From IMG/VR virus record IMGVR_UViG_3300010429_001883, positions 32,001-96,000 of that record: a stretch of 64,000 bases of DNA; one strand, given 5' to 3'. Under the pieces are notes generated by a model. The model searched no databases. It saw nothing but the letters and a program-made list of their open reading frames with translations, and was not told the origin of the DNA. Within the stretch, counting starts at the first letter, position 1. Every line of letters begins with the position of its first letter. Of this stretch, positions 27,901 to 37,049 are shown in pieces. The DNA is from a virus. Lineage: Duplodnaviria > Caudoviricetes. The translations under genes and the position numbers were made by a program.

Positions 27901-28665
27901 GATGTTACCGCCGGATTGATGACGGATACCGAACCCGACACGGAACTTCATATTTCTAAAGTTCTGGGGTATATCATCGACCCCGAAGATAAAATGATTG
28001 TTCAGATCATGCGGGGGGTTGAACTAATTTATAATATCGGAACTTCCGGATATAGCGGGATTTCAGGATACAGCGGATATTCCGGGGGAGTTGGGGGAAC
28101 TGGTCCAGCCGGTACTTCTGGGTATAGCGGTTATTCTGGGGCGAGCGGAAGATCGGGTTATTCTGGTGCCAGCGGAATCTCAGGCTATTCTGGAATTTCT
28201 GGTTATTCAGGTTCCAGCGGTATTTCTGGGTATTCTGGAATTTCTGGTTATTCTGGGGCGAGTGGGAGATCTGGTTATTCGGGATACTCCGGTCTCGGGA
28301 TTTCGGGATATTCAGGTTATTCCGGGGCAATTGGGTCTAGATATAGATCATATACATGGGTAGTTTCTACTCCAGCTACCGGGGGTATTCCCGGTACTCG
28401 ATTGTATGCGGCTTCTACTGCCATTAGATTGAGTTCTTATGTGACTTCTGCTACTTCCGCTACTTTTAATATCGAGGAAAGAACTTCTCCCGATTCTTCA
28501 GGAACCAATCTTTTAGGTTCTGATCAAGTAGCTACTACTACGGGGGCTTCTACCACTTCGTTCTCTAATAGTTCTTTGGCGGCGGATTCATTTTTGTGGT
28601 TAGATATTTCTGCTATTAGTGGGAGCCCCGGATATCTTCAAGTTACGTTAGTTGTTAAGGAGTAG
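24892..28665 (+). CDS. Virion fibre-like protein with long (Gly-X-Ser)n collagen-like repeats
   Basis: SGYSGISGYSG repeats at ~26269-27645 and ~28039-28327, a GPPGPQG stretch, FN3-like FRVRATNWAGTGEYS, C-terminal beta domains. Confidence 0.75.
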   Translation: MRYRRRGEEFIFDYGEAFPENPKIFTFFIRTDLIESEDVQIPLFFYNGKKWIPIAGNDAFSVEAETSRDYNIKPITRDQIGRNSLIFPDQSTSKNPPSAKQVQDAIEKVKDFLGSSPLAQSLIDKLRTGPTSTGVSSSSDDFSNDGKFVPRAAEQTAAEAEESIDTSGAAQFDSEGNFIPRPVNPDFDAYRFNGVSTTPYEQCGLVESGSLCPEIEYVVVETYKDDPRIPYDCYRVSWSIPDVKVWSYYVEGIDVSKDFPSEGNRYDLFESGSGLLSSDGNWLTLPVELTGGSYANKSIEIFDNNSSCKIIRTIKQNTSTAIAFEAKVDWPQDTYTFEIVEPSHLFVDFSKTVPVTNDNSYENISQRSGYFGVLIRYNWRDLKFRVRATNWAGTGEYSIGVYNDFPGVPIDNKIRIDTENSYGDYVTVSLDDDRNPVFLVFDGDDSLIEVIPITGGFGESGYSGYSGYSGKSGYSGYSGISGYSGKSGYSGYSGVSGYSGYSGYSGISGYSGSGVSGYSGSGVSGYSGYSGTSGYSGISGYSGISGYSGISGFSGISGYSGSGISGYSGTSGYSGFSGLSGYSGISGYSGNSGYSGSSGYSGYSGTSGYSGLSGYSGISGYSGSGTSGYSGYSGVSGYSGISGYSGNSGFSGYSGTSGYSGTSGYSGYSGSGVSGYSGYSGISGYSGSGVSGYSGYSGISGYSGSGVSGYSGSGVSGYSGYSGISGYSGSGISGYSGIGTSGYSGYSGISGYSGFSGISGYSGISGYSGSGVSGYSGSGISGYSGSGISGYSGYSGSGISGYSGISGYSGYSGISGYSGYSGPSGYSGYSGTSGYSGYSGISGYSGYSGSGVSGYSGYSGASGYSGYSGKSGYSGYSGSGISGYSGYSGSGLSGYSGYSGQVGPPGPQGTSGYSGYSGAQGEGGGSSEFSVLQTGHGFSVGNVLKPTETENIYALAQADSYENADAVGIVSEVVGPDEFKLFTAGELTTGVPNFPAGSPVFLSDVTAGLMTDTEPDTELHISKVLGYIIDPEDKMIVQIMRGVELIYNIGTSGYSGISGYSGYSGGVGGTGPAGTSGYSGYSGASGRSGYSGASGISGYSGISGYSGSSGISGYSGISGYSGASGRSGYSGYSGLGISGYSGYSGAIGSRYRSYTWVVSTPATGGIPGTRLYAASTAIRLSSYVTSATSATFNIEERTSPDSSGTNLLGSDQVATTTGASTTSFSNSSLAADSFLWLDISAISGSPGYLQVTLVVKE
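26269..27645 (+). repeat. Coding 9-bp-period Gly-X-Ser repeat, block 1
   Basis: Directly visible; synonymous codons are highly varied. Confidence 0.95.
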
Positions 28666-28668
28666 ATC

Positions 28669-29406
28669 GTGGCGGTTGTTCAAGATTACGATACAATTCA
28701 AACCTCGGTTCTTAAATCTGGCGGGACAACTAGCGTTGAGTTTACGTTGGAAGTCGATGATTGGGATTATGTGGCGTTAATATACGCCCATAATAGTGGG
28801 TCGGCTTTAGATATTACTTGGCCAACTGGTTTAGGGTCTCAGGAAACTTTGTTTAGCGTAACTTCCGGTAATGGGTATCTTTTGGTGGGTAAAGGATTCC
28901 CTTGGAGAAATGGATATGGGAAAAGTTTAACAGCGGCTATCCCGGTACTTGGAGACATAGCGTGTGTTGCTTGTCTTCAAATATATCATTCTTCAGCATT
29001 TGATCAATCAACTACATTTACTGATGTTTGGCAATCTAATCCGGTTTCGACTTCTTCAGGAATAGATCCGACAACTGCCTATTCTCATATAGTAGTCGCC
29101 GCCGCTTATTATGGGGATACTGTAGCGTCTTTCTCTAGTCATGCAACGGCCACCCAACCCGGGGCGTTGACTGAACGGTGTGATATAAATGGATTAAAAA
29201 CCGGAACACCTAATAAAGCGGTCTCTTTATCGGTGGCTTCTGCCCAGTCTTCAAGTTCAGGTATTACTGGAGCGTATAGTTGTTCTCTTTCAGGAGCCAA
29301 TTATGTTGAGGGAGAGGAAGAGTACGATTATAGTTTGGCTTTGTTTAATATTACGAGTATAGCCAATTCAAATGTGAATAAAATGATTGCGATTCACGGT
29401 GGGTAG
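28669..29406 (+). CDS. Putative virion structural protein
   Basis: Ser/Thr/Ala-rich beta-type sequence between fibre genes. Confidence 0.55.
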   Translation: MAVVQDYDTIQTSVLKSGGTTSVEFTLEVDDWDYVALIYAHNSGSALDITWPTGLGSQETLFSVTSGNGYLLVGKGFPWRNGYGKSLTAAIPVLGDIACVACLQIYHSSAFDQSTTFTDVWQSNPVSTSSGIDPTTAYSHIVVAAAYYGDTVASFSSHATATQPGALTERCDINGLKTGTPNKAVSLSVASAQSSSSGITGAYSCSLSGANYVEGEEEYDYSLALFNITSIANSNVNKMIAIHGG

Positions 29407-29414
29407 GACATCTT

Positions 29415-30608
29415 ATGCCGACGGCTCATACAGCCATACGATTAGTTGGAAAATCCGGTTACTCCGGCTATTCGGGGGTTTCCGGGTATAGTGGGTATTC
29501 CGGAATTTCAGGCTATTCCGGTTACTCGGGGATTTCTGGATATTCCGGCTATTCGGGGGTTTCCGGTTATTCTGGATACTCCGGGATATCTGGGTATTCA
29601 GGAACTTCCGGAATTTCTGGCTATTCTGGAATATCAGGCTATTCTGGATACTCAGGATATTCAGGTCAAGATGGGGTGATTGGTGGGGATGGTGCCTCCG
29701 GCTATTCAGGATATTCGGGATATTCGGGATATTCGGGAATTTCCGGCTACTCCGGAATCTCGGGCTACTCGGGCATTTCCGGATACTCCGGGATATCTGG
29801 TTATAGTGGGATTTCTGGTTACTCAGGAATTTCAGGCTACAGCGGATCTGGAGTGAGTGGTTATTCTGGTAGCGGGATTAGTGGATACAGTGGCTACTCT
29901 GGAATTTCAGGTTATTCAGGTTCGGGAACAAGTGGATATAGTGGTGCTGGAACTTCAGGGTATTCAGGATATAGTGGTGGTGCCGGTGCAGCGTCAATGT
30001 GGGTCACGGTGCCGGGGTCTCCTTCAAGAACAGATGGGGATACTTTTACTATAGCTGACGTTGGTAACGCCGGACTTTATAATTATCTTTTACAGCGTGG
30101 GACTATTTTGAAATGGACGGATACCACAACTCATATGGCTTGTGTAGTGTCAGCTAGTTATGCGGGGGATGTGGTTACTGTAAACATAATGGGGGATACT
30201 CTCGATTCTTCTGCAACTATGAATACAATGCAGTATTTCTGCGGCGAGAAGGCCCGAGTAACTTCTTTTGCTTATGCTGGGACTGTCTATGTTGGAACGA
30301 ATATTATGGGTCAATATAATATGCCCATGCCAGCTAAAATATTTGGTGCTGACGGGTATCATGGAACGGCTGGGTCAAAAAACGCCACAACATATGATAT
30401 AAATAAAAACGGTTCAACTGTTTTTACAGCCAAAGTTTCTATTGCGTCGGGCCAGACTAAGGGAGAGGGCTATACAGCAAACGACAATACAACAGCAGCA
30501 GTAGGAGATTATTTCACCGTTGACTGTGATTCGGTAAGCACCACAAAACCTATTGACGCTTATATCAATTTGCTCTGGTGCCCACTGTATATTCAATATT
30601 TGACATAA
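29415..30608 (+). CDS. Second (Gly-X-Ser)n fibre protein
   Basis: Repeat at ~29452-29980 followed by a globular C-terminal region. Confidence 0.75.
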   Translation: MPTAHTAIRLVGKSGYSGYSGVSGYSGYSGISGYSGYSGISGYSGYSGVSGYSGYSGISGYSGTSGISGYSGISGYSGYSGYSGQDGVIGGDGASGYSGYSGYSGYSGISGYSGISGYSGISGYSGISGYSGISGYSGISGYSGSGVSGYSGSGISGYSGYSGISGYSGSGTSGYSGAGTSGYSGYSGGAGAASMWVTVPGSPSRTDGDTFTIADVGNAGLYNYLLQRGTILKWTDTTTHMACVVSASYAGDVVTVNIMGDTLDSSATMNTMQYFCGEKARVTSFAYAGTVYVGTNIMGQYNMPMPAKIFGADGYHGTAGSKNATTYDINKNGSTVFTAKVSIASGQTKGEGYTANDNTTAAVGDYFTVDCDSVSTTKPIDAYINLLWCPLYIQYLT

Positions 30609-30617
30609 GGTAATTAT

Positions 30618-31382
30618 ATGGCCTATCTTGGTGAGTATCATCTAAATTCAAATACATTGGCCTACTATAAGTTTGATAATAATTTGAATGATAGTAGTGG
30701 GGCTGGACTAACTTTATCAAACAGTGGGGCAGACTATTCTTTTGATAGGTTAAAAATAGGGTCGCATTCGTTGGTAGGGTCTGGAGCATATCTTTTTAGA
30801 AATGATACTTTTCTTTGGAGTATGCACACCAATCACACTTATGGTTTCTGGTTTAGTCCTGTAAAAGTCGATGCTACCAACGATTTGGAATTATTTTATT
30901 CGTCTGACGGGACATATTATAAAGGCGCAATCGCCATGATGATACAATACAGTTCGAAAATAATTGTTTGGCCAAGGATTTATCGATACGATTCTGGTTC
31001 TACTACATGGACAGATTCATCCGGAACACTAAGTTTAGCGGAAGGCAAGTGGTATTTTATTTTGTTACGATATCTTTGGTCGGTAAATTATTATTATTTG
31101 TATTTATATGTTTATCAAAACAAAACCGAAGTCGGTGCCGGGTCTCCCAAGGGACGTTGGGAATGGAACGTGGTTTCTGAGTATGTAAGAGTAGCTTCAT
31201 TCACGGGCAGTAGCACATCCCTAGCGGATTATTTTAGAATATTCCCGGCGTCGTATTCGGACCAATATTATGCTATAGATGAATTATTTATCGAATCCGG
31301 AGCTTGGGGAGCTTCTCCAGTTGATGAGTTTATTCCGTATTGGCAGCAAACTAGAGGAGTTAGAACACCTAGGTGTTCATAA
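30618..31382 (+). CDS. LamG/concanavalin-A-like lectin-fold virion protein
   Basis: AYYKFDNNLNDSSG, T.GFWF.P, GKWYFI, IDEL.I. Confidence 0.65.
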   Translation: MAYLGEYHLNSNTLAYYKFDNNLNDSSGAGLTLSNSGADYSFDRLKIGSHSLVGSGAYLFRNDTFLWSMHTNHTYGFWFSPVKVDATNDLELFYSSDGTYYKGAIAMMIQYSSKIIVWPRIYRYDSGSTTWTDSSGTLSLAEGKWYFILLRYLWSVNYYYLYLYVYQNKTEVGAGSPKGRWEWNVVSEYVRVASFTGSSTSLADYFRIFPASYSDQYYAIDELFIESGAWGASPVDEFIPYWQQTRGVRTPRCS

Positions 31383-31397
31383 ATATAGGAGGACGGT

Positions 31398-31661
31398 ATG
31401 TCAACACTAAATCAAATTTACGATTTTATTCGTAATACTAGAACTCAGACCAATGCTTTGATTGATGCAATTGAAGAATTGGATGCTCTTAAAGCGGAGT
31501 GGGATGCCGTGGATATGGGGAATCAGTTAGATGCCGAGCATTTTATTAGCAACGACACCGGTTTAGCTCCGGCCGATATTACCGCCGTGTTCACAACCCT
31601 TGCTGCTATAAAAGCACTGCTGGCGGAAGGCCATGCAACTAATTTGTATAAAGTGAAATAA
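31398..31661 (+). CDS. Hypothetical protein (possible fibre chaperone)
   Basis: AGGAGG RBS; small helical protein after the fibre module. Confidence 0.55.
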   Translation: MSTLNQIYDFIRNTRTQTNALIDAIEELDALKAEWDAVDMGNQLDAEHFISNDTGLAPADITAVFTTLAAIKALLAEGHATNLYKVK

Positions 31662-31745
31662 TCATATAAAATTTTCAGAAATTTGTTGCCCTTTTTAAGT
31701 TTTTATGCTATAGTTTTAATGAATACTTAAAGAGGGTTATTTTAT

Positions 31746-34700
31746 ATGTACTCAATCATAATTCCAACATACAACCACCTTGAAGATTGTCTTAAACCGT
31801 GTATAGAAAGTTTAAAGAAGTATACGGAGTTATCTAGACAAGACATAGAACTAATCGTAGTTGCTAATGGGTGCGTTGATGGCACAAAAGAGTATTTAGC
31901 TGCCGAAAAACAAATTGATAAAATTATTTGGGTAGACGAAGCCTGTGGATTTCCAATAGCTGTTAATAAAGGTATAGAAGCTGCTAAAGGAAAATACATT
32001 GTATTATTAAACAATGATACTGTATTGCTAGATCAAAAAACAAACAGTTGGCTTGAAATATTGAGAGAACCTTTTCTTAAGGACCCGGCTGCTGGAATAA
32101 CCGGGCCTATGCTAACAATGAACGTTCCTGGTGTAAATAGGGTTTTTTTAATATTTTTTTGTGCCATGATATCCAGAGAAGTTATACAAAAAATAGGGCT
32201 TCTTGATGAAAGCTTTAGTCCTGGATTTGGAGAAGACTGTGATTTTTGTTGGCGAGCAGAAGATGCAGGTTACAAATTAATCCAAGTCCCTGATAATAGT
32301 AGTTTTGAACCTTCTGCTAATTTTAGAGTAGGTTCTTTCCCAATTTATCATAAGGGTAATTTAACTTTTAAAGAAACTGGAGAATCTGTTAGTGAGTCTT
32401 TTACGCGAAATCTTGCTAGATTAAAAGAGATGTACGGTGCAGATTTAGATAAGGCAATGTCTTTAGACGGCTATATGCCAGTTGCTGAGCTTCATTGGCT
32501 TGCCCGAGCTGCGCAAAAACACAATAAAATATTGGAAATAGGAAGTTGGCACGGAAAATCAACTAGGGCGTTAGCAGATAATACTTCTGGTAAAGTTTTT
32601 GCTGTGGATCATTGGCAGGGCAGCGCCAACGAGCCTGAAAATCATTTTAGTGCTGAGTGGGAGGAAGGCGACCATGCTTTCATGGAGTTTTTTAGTGGAA
32701 ACAAAGATCTAATTGAGTCTGGTAAAATAATTCCACTTAGAATGAGAAGTTTTAATGCTTGTAAAACATTACAACAATTAAACGAAAAATTTGATATGAT
32801 TTTCATAGATGGTGAGCATACTTACGATGGCGTTAAAAAAGATGTAATTGGATGTTTGCCATTATTAGATAGTGGTGGATTAATATGTGGGCATGATTAT
32901 GGCGCATGGGTTGGAGTTAAAGAAGCAGTAGAGGAATCTTTAAATGTTGATGGTGTTTTTCACACGATCTGGTTTAAAGAGTTTGGAGAAGTTAATGCTG
33001 TTAATACATCCGAAAAGCCTAAAGTTTTTGATTGTTTTCTTTTTTATAATGAATTGGAATTACTTGAACTTAGACTAAATGAATTGGATTCAGTTGTAGA
33101 TCAATTTATAATACTGGAGTCTCCAATAACAACTACGGGGCAACCCAAACCGCTGTACTTTACAGAAAATAGAGAAAGATTTTCTAAATTTTTGCATAAG
33201 ATTAGATGTATTATTTTGAACGACTTACCTACTGACGGGGATACTTGGGCCAGAGAACGGTTTGCCAGAGACAAGTTTAACTCTCTAGTAACGGGTAAGG
33301 ATACGGACATAGTTATAATTTCTGATCTAGATGAAATACCTTCAGCAGAAGCAGTAAAGAAGTATAAGCCTGAAATGGGGTTAATGTCTTTTGACCAGAA
33401 ACTATACTACTATTGGCTCAATTGCTATAACGATCAATGGGACTGGGCAAAAATACTATCTGTTGGTCTTTTTAAAACCATGACAGCGTGCCAGGTGAGG
33501 TATACAAAAGCTCCGTCTATCGAAGGCCCTGGGGGCTGGCACTTTAGTTTTCAAGGCGGTGTTGATAGGATCATGCAAAAAATTTCTGCATGGACACACT
33601 CCGAGTATAATAGGCCTGACATAAACAATAAAGAGCATATTGAAAACTGCATCAATACTCCTTGTGATGTACTTAAGCGAGAAAACATCCCAATGAAGTT
33701 TGTTGGTCTAGATGAATCTTTTCCGAAGTTTGTATTGGATAATCAAGATACTATTTTTAAAGGGTGGATAAAGAAAGTAAATCCTATGATTGAAGTTAGC
33801 AATAAAGAGAAACCAGTAGCAGAACTTAAACGTGGAGTTACTGCGTATATATCAACGAAGGACAGATATTTTAGTTCTCTTCCTTTAGCAATTAACTCTA
33901 TAATTAGTCAATCATTGAAGCCAAATAAATTGGTTATTTATGATGATGGGGAACAAAAGAATTTAACTAATGAACCGCTTTATCTTCAACTTTTCAAGAT
34001 GTTGGAAATTAATTCAATTGAATGGGAAGTGAGGTTTGGCCCAAAGATCGGGCAAGTGAAGAATCATCAGAGCATGTTAGATACTGCTGAAACAGAATAT
34101 TTGTGGCGGCTGGATGATGATAATGTTGCTAATCCTGATGTTCTTGAAACACTGGTAAATTACTTAGATACCAACCCAAAAGTTGGTGCAGTTGGTGGGT
34201 GCGTCATAGATCCCAACAGACCAATTATTTGTAATCCGGCTGTTGCTTCTTCTAATTTAGCGGATATTTATTTAGGAGCAAACTCCCAGTGGTATAAGTA
34301 TACCGAACCCTCCCCCAAACATGTTGAGCATTTATACAGCACTTTTTTATATAGAGTTGAAGCCGGTAAGCATGGGTATAACGAATCGTTATCTCCGGCT
34401 GGCCACAGAGAAGAAACCATGTTTACTTATGAGATGATTAGGAATGGATGGGAATTGGTGTTTTTGCCCGGAGTGACAACTTGGCATTTTAGGAACAATA
34501 GTGGGGGTATTAGGTCTTTTATTTATCAAGACTACTGGTTAAGAGATGAACAAATATTCCAAAGTAAATTAAGAGAGTGGGGCATAAAAACAAATAGCTA
34601 CAAGTTCTTCCTAAACAAGGGAGGCCTAGGAGACCACTTTGCCATGAAGAAGGCTATTATGAATCATGTTGATAAATTGAGTGGAATAATTCCTGTAGTT

Positions 34701-34880
34701 TTTACCACATATCCTGGAATTTTTGGGGATATTGGATTAGTTGAAGCAAGTGTTGCTGAAGGCGCACTCATTCTTGGTTCAGATGAAGTGCATAATGTTT
34801 ATCACTTCATGGCAGATAAGGGTTGGGACAAAAAACTTTACCAAGCATATGAACAGATGTATTTTGGAGAAATTAGATGA
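31746..34880 (+). CDS. Multidomain GT2 - SAM methyltransferase - GT17 - GT2 - GT9(N-half) protein
   Basis: SIIIPTYN/LNNDT/GEDCD; LEIGSWHGKST/FIDGEH/GHDY; FDCFLFYNELELL/SDLDEIP/GWHFS; IYDDG/RLDDDN/HREET; GGLGD. Confidence 0.85.
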   Translation: MYSIIIPTYNHLEDCLKPCIESLKKYTELSRQDIELIVVANGCVDGTKEYLAAEKQIDKIIWVDEACGFPIAVNKGIEAAKGKYIVLLNNDTVLLDQKTNSWLEILREPFLKDPAAGITGPMLTMNVPGVNRVFLIFFCAMISREVIQKIGLLDESFSPGFGEDCDFCWRAEDAGYKLIQVPDNSSFEPSANFRVGSFPIYHKGNLTFKETGESVSESFTRNLARLKEMYGADLDKAMSLDGYMPVAELHWLARAAQKHNKILEIGSWHGKSTRALADNTSGKVFAVDHWQGSANEPENHFSAEWEEGDHAFMEFFSGNKDLIESGKIIPLRMRSFNACKTLQQLNEKFDMIFIDGEHTYDGVKKDVIGCLPLLDSGGLICGHDYGAWVGVKEAVEESLNVDGVFHTIWFKEFGEVNAVNTSEKPKVFDCFLFYNELELLELRLNELDSVVDQFIILESPITTTGQPKPLYFTENRERFSKFLHKIRCIILNDLPTDGDTWARERFARDKFNSLVTGKDTDIVIISDLDEIPSAEAVKKYKPEMGLMSFDQKLYYYWLNCYNDQWDWAKILSVGLFKTMTACQVRYTKAPSIEGPGGWHFSFQGGVDRIMQKISAWTHSEYNRPDINNKEHIENCINTPCDVLKRENIPMKFVGLDESFPKFVLDNQDTIFKGWIKKVNPMIEVSNKEKPVAELKRGVTAYISTKDRYFSSLPLAINSIISQSLKPNKLVIYDDGEQKNLTNEPLYLQLFKMLEINSIEWEVRFGPKIGQVKNHQSMLDTAETEYLWRLDDDNVANPDVLETLVNYLDTNPKVGAVGGCVIDPNRPIICNPAVASSNLADIYLGANSQWYKYTEPSPKHVEHLYSTFLYRVEAGKHGYNESLSPAGHREETMFTYEMIRNGWELVFLPGVTTWHFRNNSGGIRSFIYQDYWLRDEQIFQSKLREWGIKTNSYKFFLNKGGLGDHFAMKKAIMNHVDKLSGIIPVVFTTYPGIFGDIGLVEASVAEGALILGSDEVHNVYHFMADKGWDKKLYQAYEQMYFGEIR

Positions 34881-35368
34881 AGAAGAGTATAATTATAAGC
34901 CCATACAGCCAGAAGCTTAAAACAGGCAAAAGAAATCCAAAGAACTACCCATACTGGCCGGAAGTTATATCTAGGCTGAGTGATGATTACCATATTACCC
35001 AAATAGGCGTAAAAGGAGAAGATCGTTTTAATGGGGTTCATGAATTTATTACAAATCTTCCACTAAACAAGCTTGCTTTAAAATTAAAGGAAGTTGGTGT
35101 ATTTGTTTCTGTTGATAACTTCCTACCACACTTTTGTCAGCATTTGGGTGTTCCAGGTGTCGTAATATTTGCTCAATCTGATCCTAATATATTTGGATAC
35201 AATGAAAATATAAATCTACTGAAGAACCGTATTTATTTAAGGAAAAATCAATTTGGTATTTGGGAAGAATCTGATTATCGTGCCGACTCTTTTATTGAGC
35301 CACACGCGGTTATTAGTGCAGTAAAACAGCTTATCCAGAATGTAGGAGTAATAACAAACGATGCATAA
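34877..35368 (+). CDS. GT9 (heptosyltransferase-family) C-terminal half
   Basis: KNYPYW, FVSVDNFLPH..LGVPGVVIF..SDP; ATGA overlap with upstream gene. Confidence 0.75.
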   Translation: MKKSIIISPYSQKLKTGKRNPKNYPYWPEVISRLSDDYHITQIGVKGEDRFNGVHEFITNLPLNKLALKLKEVGVFVSVDNFLPHFCQHLGVPGVVIFAQSDPNIFGYNENINLLKNRIYLRKNQFGIWEESDYRADSFIEPHAVISAVKQLIQNVGVITNDA

Positions 35369-35963
35369 ACAACTCTTTGCCTCAGATTCAGATAACTGCC
35401 AGACAATACCTAATGTATTGTATTATCCAGAGAATAAAATCATTTCTATATTTGATGAAATAAATGAAGAAACTGTTAAGCTTATTTGGGCTATTTTTGT
35501 TTCGGGAGGCTGTGAAGTTCGCGGTATTGTTATAAACAGTACCGGAGGAAGCCTTCTAGATGCTAATGCTATTGTTGATATTATAGGAAACAGACAAATT
35601 ACTACTATAGCTCTTGGTAAGGTGTTTTCTGCCGCCGCGTACATATATGCTGTTGGTAAAAAAAGGTTTGCTTTTAATAATACAACTTTTATGATACATA
35701 GCGGGTCTATAACACATTATGGTGAGGTTCAGTTTAGCCAGTCGCAAGCAATGAATGAAATGTGGGCGAAGGAAGTGCCGACAATGTTAGATACTATCCT
35801 TAAGGCTACTAATATAAAAAATAAACAGAAACTTAAGAATGATTTAATGAATGGAATCGATTTATATTGGTCTGTAGAAGATGCATTGCAAAATGGTTTC
35901 GTTCATGGAGTAGTTAATATCAAAGATATTATGAAGTATGGAAAATCAAAACATTCTTCGTAG
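35361..35963 (+). CDS. clpP: ClpP-family protease
   Basis: INSTGG, FSAAAYI (catalytic Ser), FMIH, A...GFV. Confidence 0.75.
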   Translation: MHKQLFASDSDNCQTIPNVLYYPENKIISIFDEINEETVKLIWAIFVSGGCEVRGIVINSTGGSLLDANAIVDIIGNRQITTIALGKVFSAAAYIYAVGKKRFAFNNTTFMIHSGSITHYGEVQFSQSQAMNEMWAKEVPTMLDTILKATNIKNKQKLKNDLMNGIDLYWSVEDALQNGFVHGVVNIKDIMKYGKSKHSS

Positions 35964-36831
35964 TATAATTTCGTCTAATGTCTTAGGACATTGCCCGAAG
36001 GTAAGGCCAAAGCATTTGGCCAATCTTAGGGTTCTTGGTATAGATGAAGTAGGTATTTCAGATAAAGTTGGTCCAATTATAGTTGGTTTCTATATTCACG
36101 AAGGGACTAAATTAAATATAAGAGATACCAAAGCATTAAATAGGCCCCGTGTTGAAAAATACGGCAGCCGGTTGACAGGTAAGAAGCATATTGAAATTAT
36201 CCATCAAGAAGAAATAATTAGCTTTAGTAAAATACCTATACTTCTGTCTAAGGCAATCTACAGGGGCATTAATACTTTCTCTCAAGATGATTATGACCTT
36301 ATTGTTATTGATGGAAAGAAAGAACTTGTAAGTCAAGAAAAAATTTTAAAGCCCGTACTGTTTATGCCTAAAGCAGATGAAAAAGTATATTCAGTTACTG
36401 CTGCCTCAATTATAGCTAAAGTAGAGTACTATAAACATCAAGATAGGGTAATTTCTTATTATAAGGATAATTTTAATTTAGACCTAGTTTCCCTAAATGA
36501 TGAAACATTGAACCAATTGTATAAATTATATGGCCCAACAAAGTACCATCGTACTGTGTTTACTTTGGCTGGAGCATTTAAAGGGAGATTGATGCAAATA
36601 AAAAATGATTTAGCTATGTTGGAAGGGATGTCTTCTGACCTTGGCAGGAAGGCCTATCTTAATCGGTGCATTTCTTATCTTGACAATGCTAAGAAATTTG
36701 GTATAATAAGTAAGTATAAGGAGCCTCGCTACTCGGTTAACGATGGCGGAAAGCACATTGTACTAGAATTACAGCCAATAAAATATGGTAAATGGTTTAA
36801 AACAAAACTATTAATTAAGAAGGGTTTATGA
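35938..36831 (+). CDS. rnhB: Ribonuclease HII-like protein
   Basis: GIDEVG..VGP, IRDTK, IDG, KADEK..SVTAASIIAKV, GPT.YHR. Confidence 0.8.
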   Translation: MENQNILRSIISSNVLGHCPKVRPKHLANLRVLGIDEVGISDKVGPIIVGFYIHEGTKLNIRDTKALNRPRVEKYGSRLTGKKHIEIIHQEEIISFSKIPILLSKAIYRGINTFSQDDYDLIVIDGKKELVSQEKILKPVLFMPKADEKVYSVTAASIIAKVEYYKHQDRVISYYKDNFNLDLVSLNDETLNQLYKLYGPTKYHRTVFTLAGAFKGRLMQIKNDLAMLEGMSSDLGRKAYLNRCISYLDNAKKFGIISKYKEPRYSVNDGGKHIVLELQPIKYGKWFKTKLLIKKGL

Positions 36832-37049
36832 GATTAGAAGAAGAGATTAAAAATTATTTGGTAGAATTAGAGCATCACCTTACTTATTTAGATATTGATC
36901 AGCCGCTACAAATGACAGATTATGTTTTAACAAGTACGTGGATCAATGCTTTAGAGTGGGTACTAAATAATAAGGCACAGGAAGAGGAAAATCCCGATAT
37001 AGTAGGAATATATAGAAAACCTGGGATGAGGAGGAAAGTTGGTCAATGA
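36828..37049 (+). CDS. Hypothetical protein
   Basis: ATGA overlap; operon packing. Confidence 0.55.
   Translation: MRLEEEIKNYLVELEHHLTYLDIDQPLQMTDYVLTSTWINALEWVLNNKAQEEENPDIVGIYRKPGMRRKVGQ

Noticed and set aside
26269-29980. CRISPR array or DGR template repeat
   Set aside because: The repeats are in-frame coding triplets with synonymous variation; there are no spacers, cas genes or reverse transcriptase.
26525-30054. Short alternative-frame ORFs (VILDIQ-type)
   Set aside because: Frame artefacts of the Gly-X-Ser repeat.
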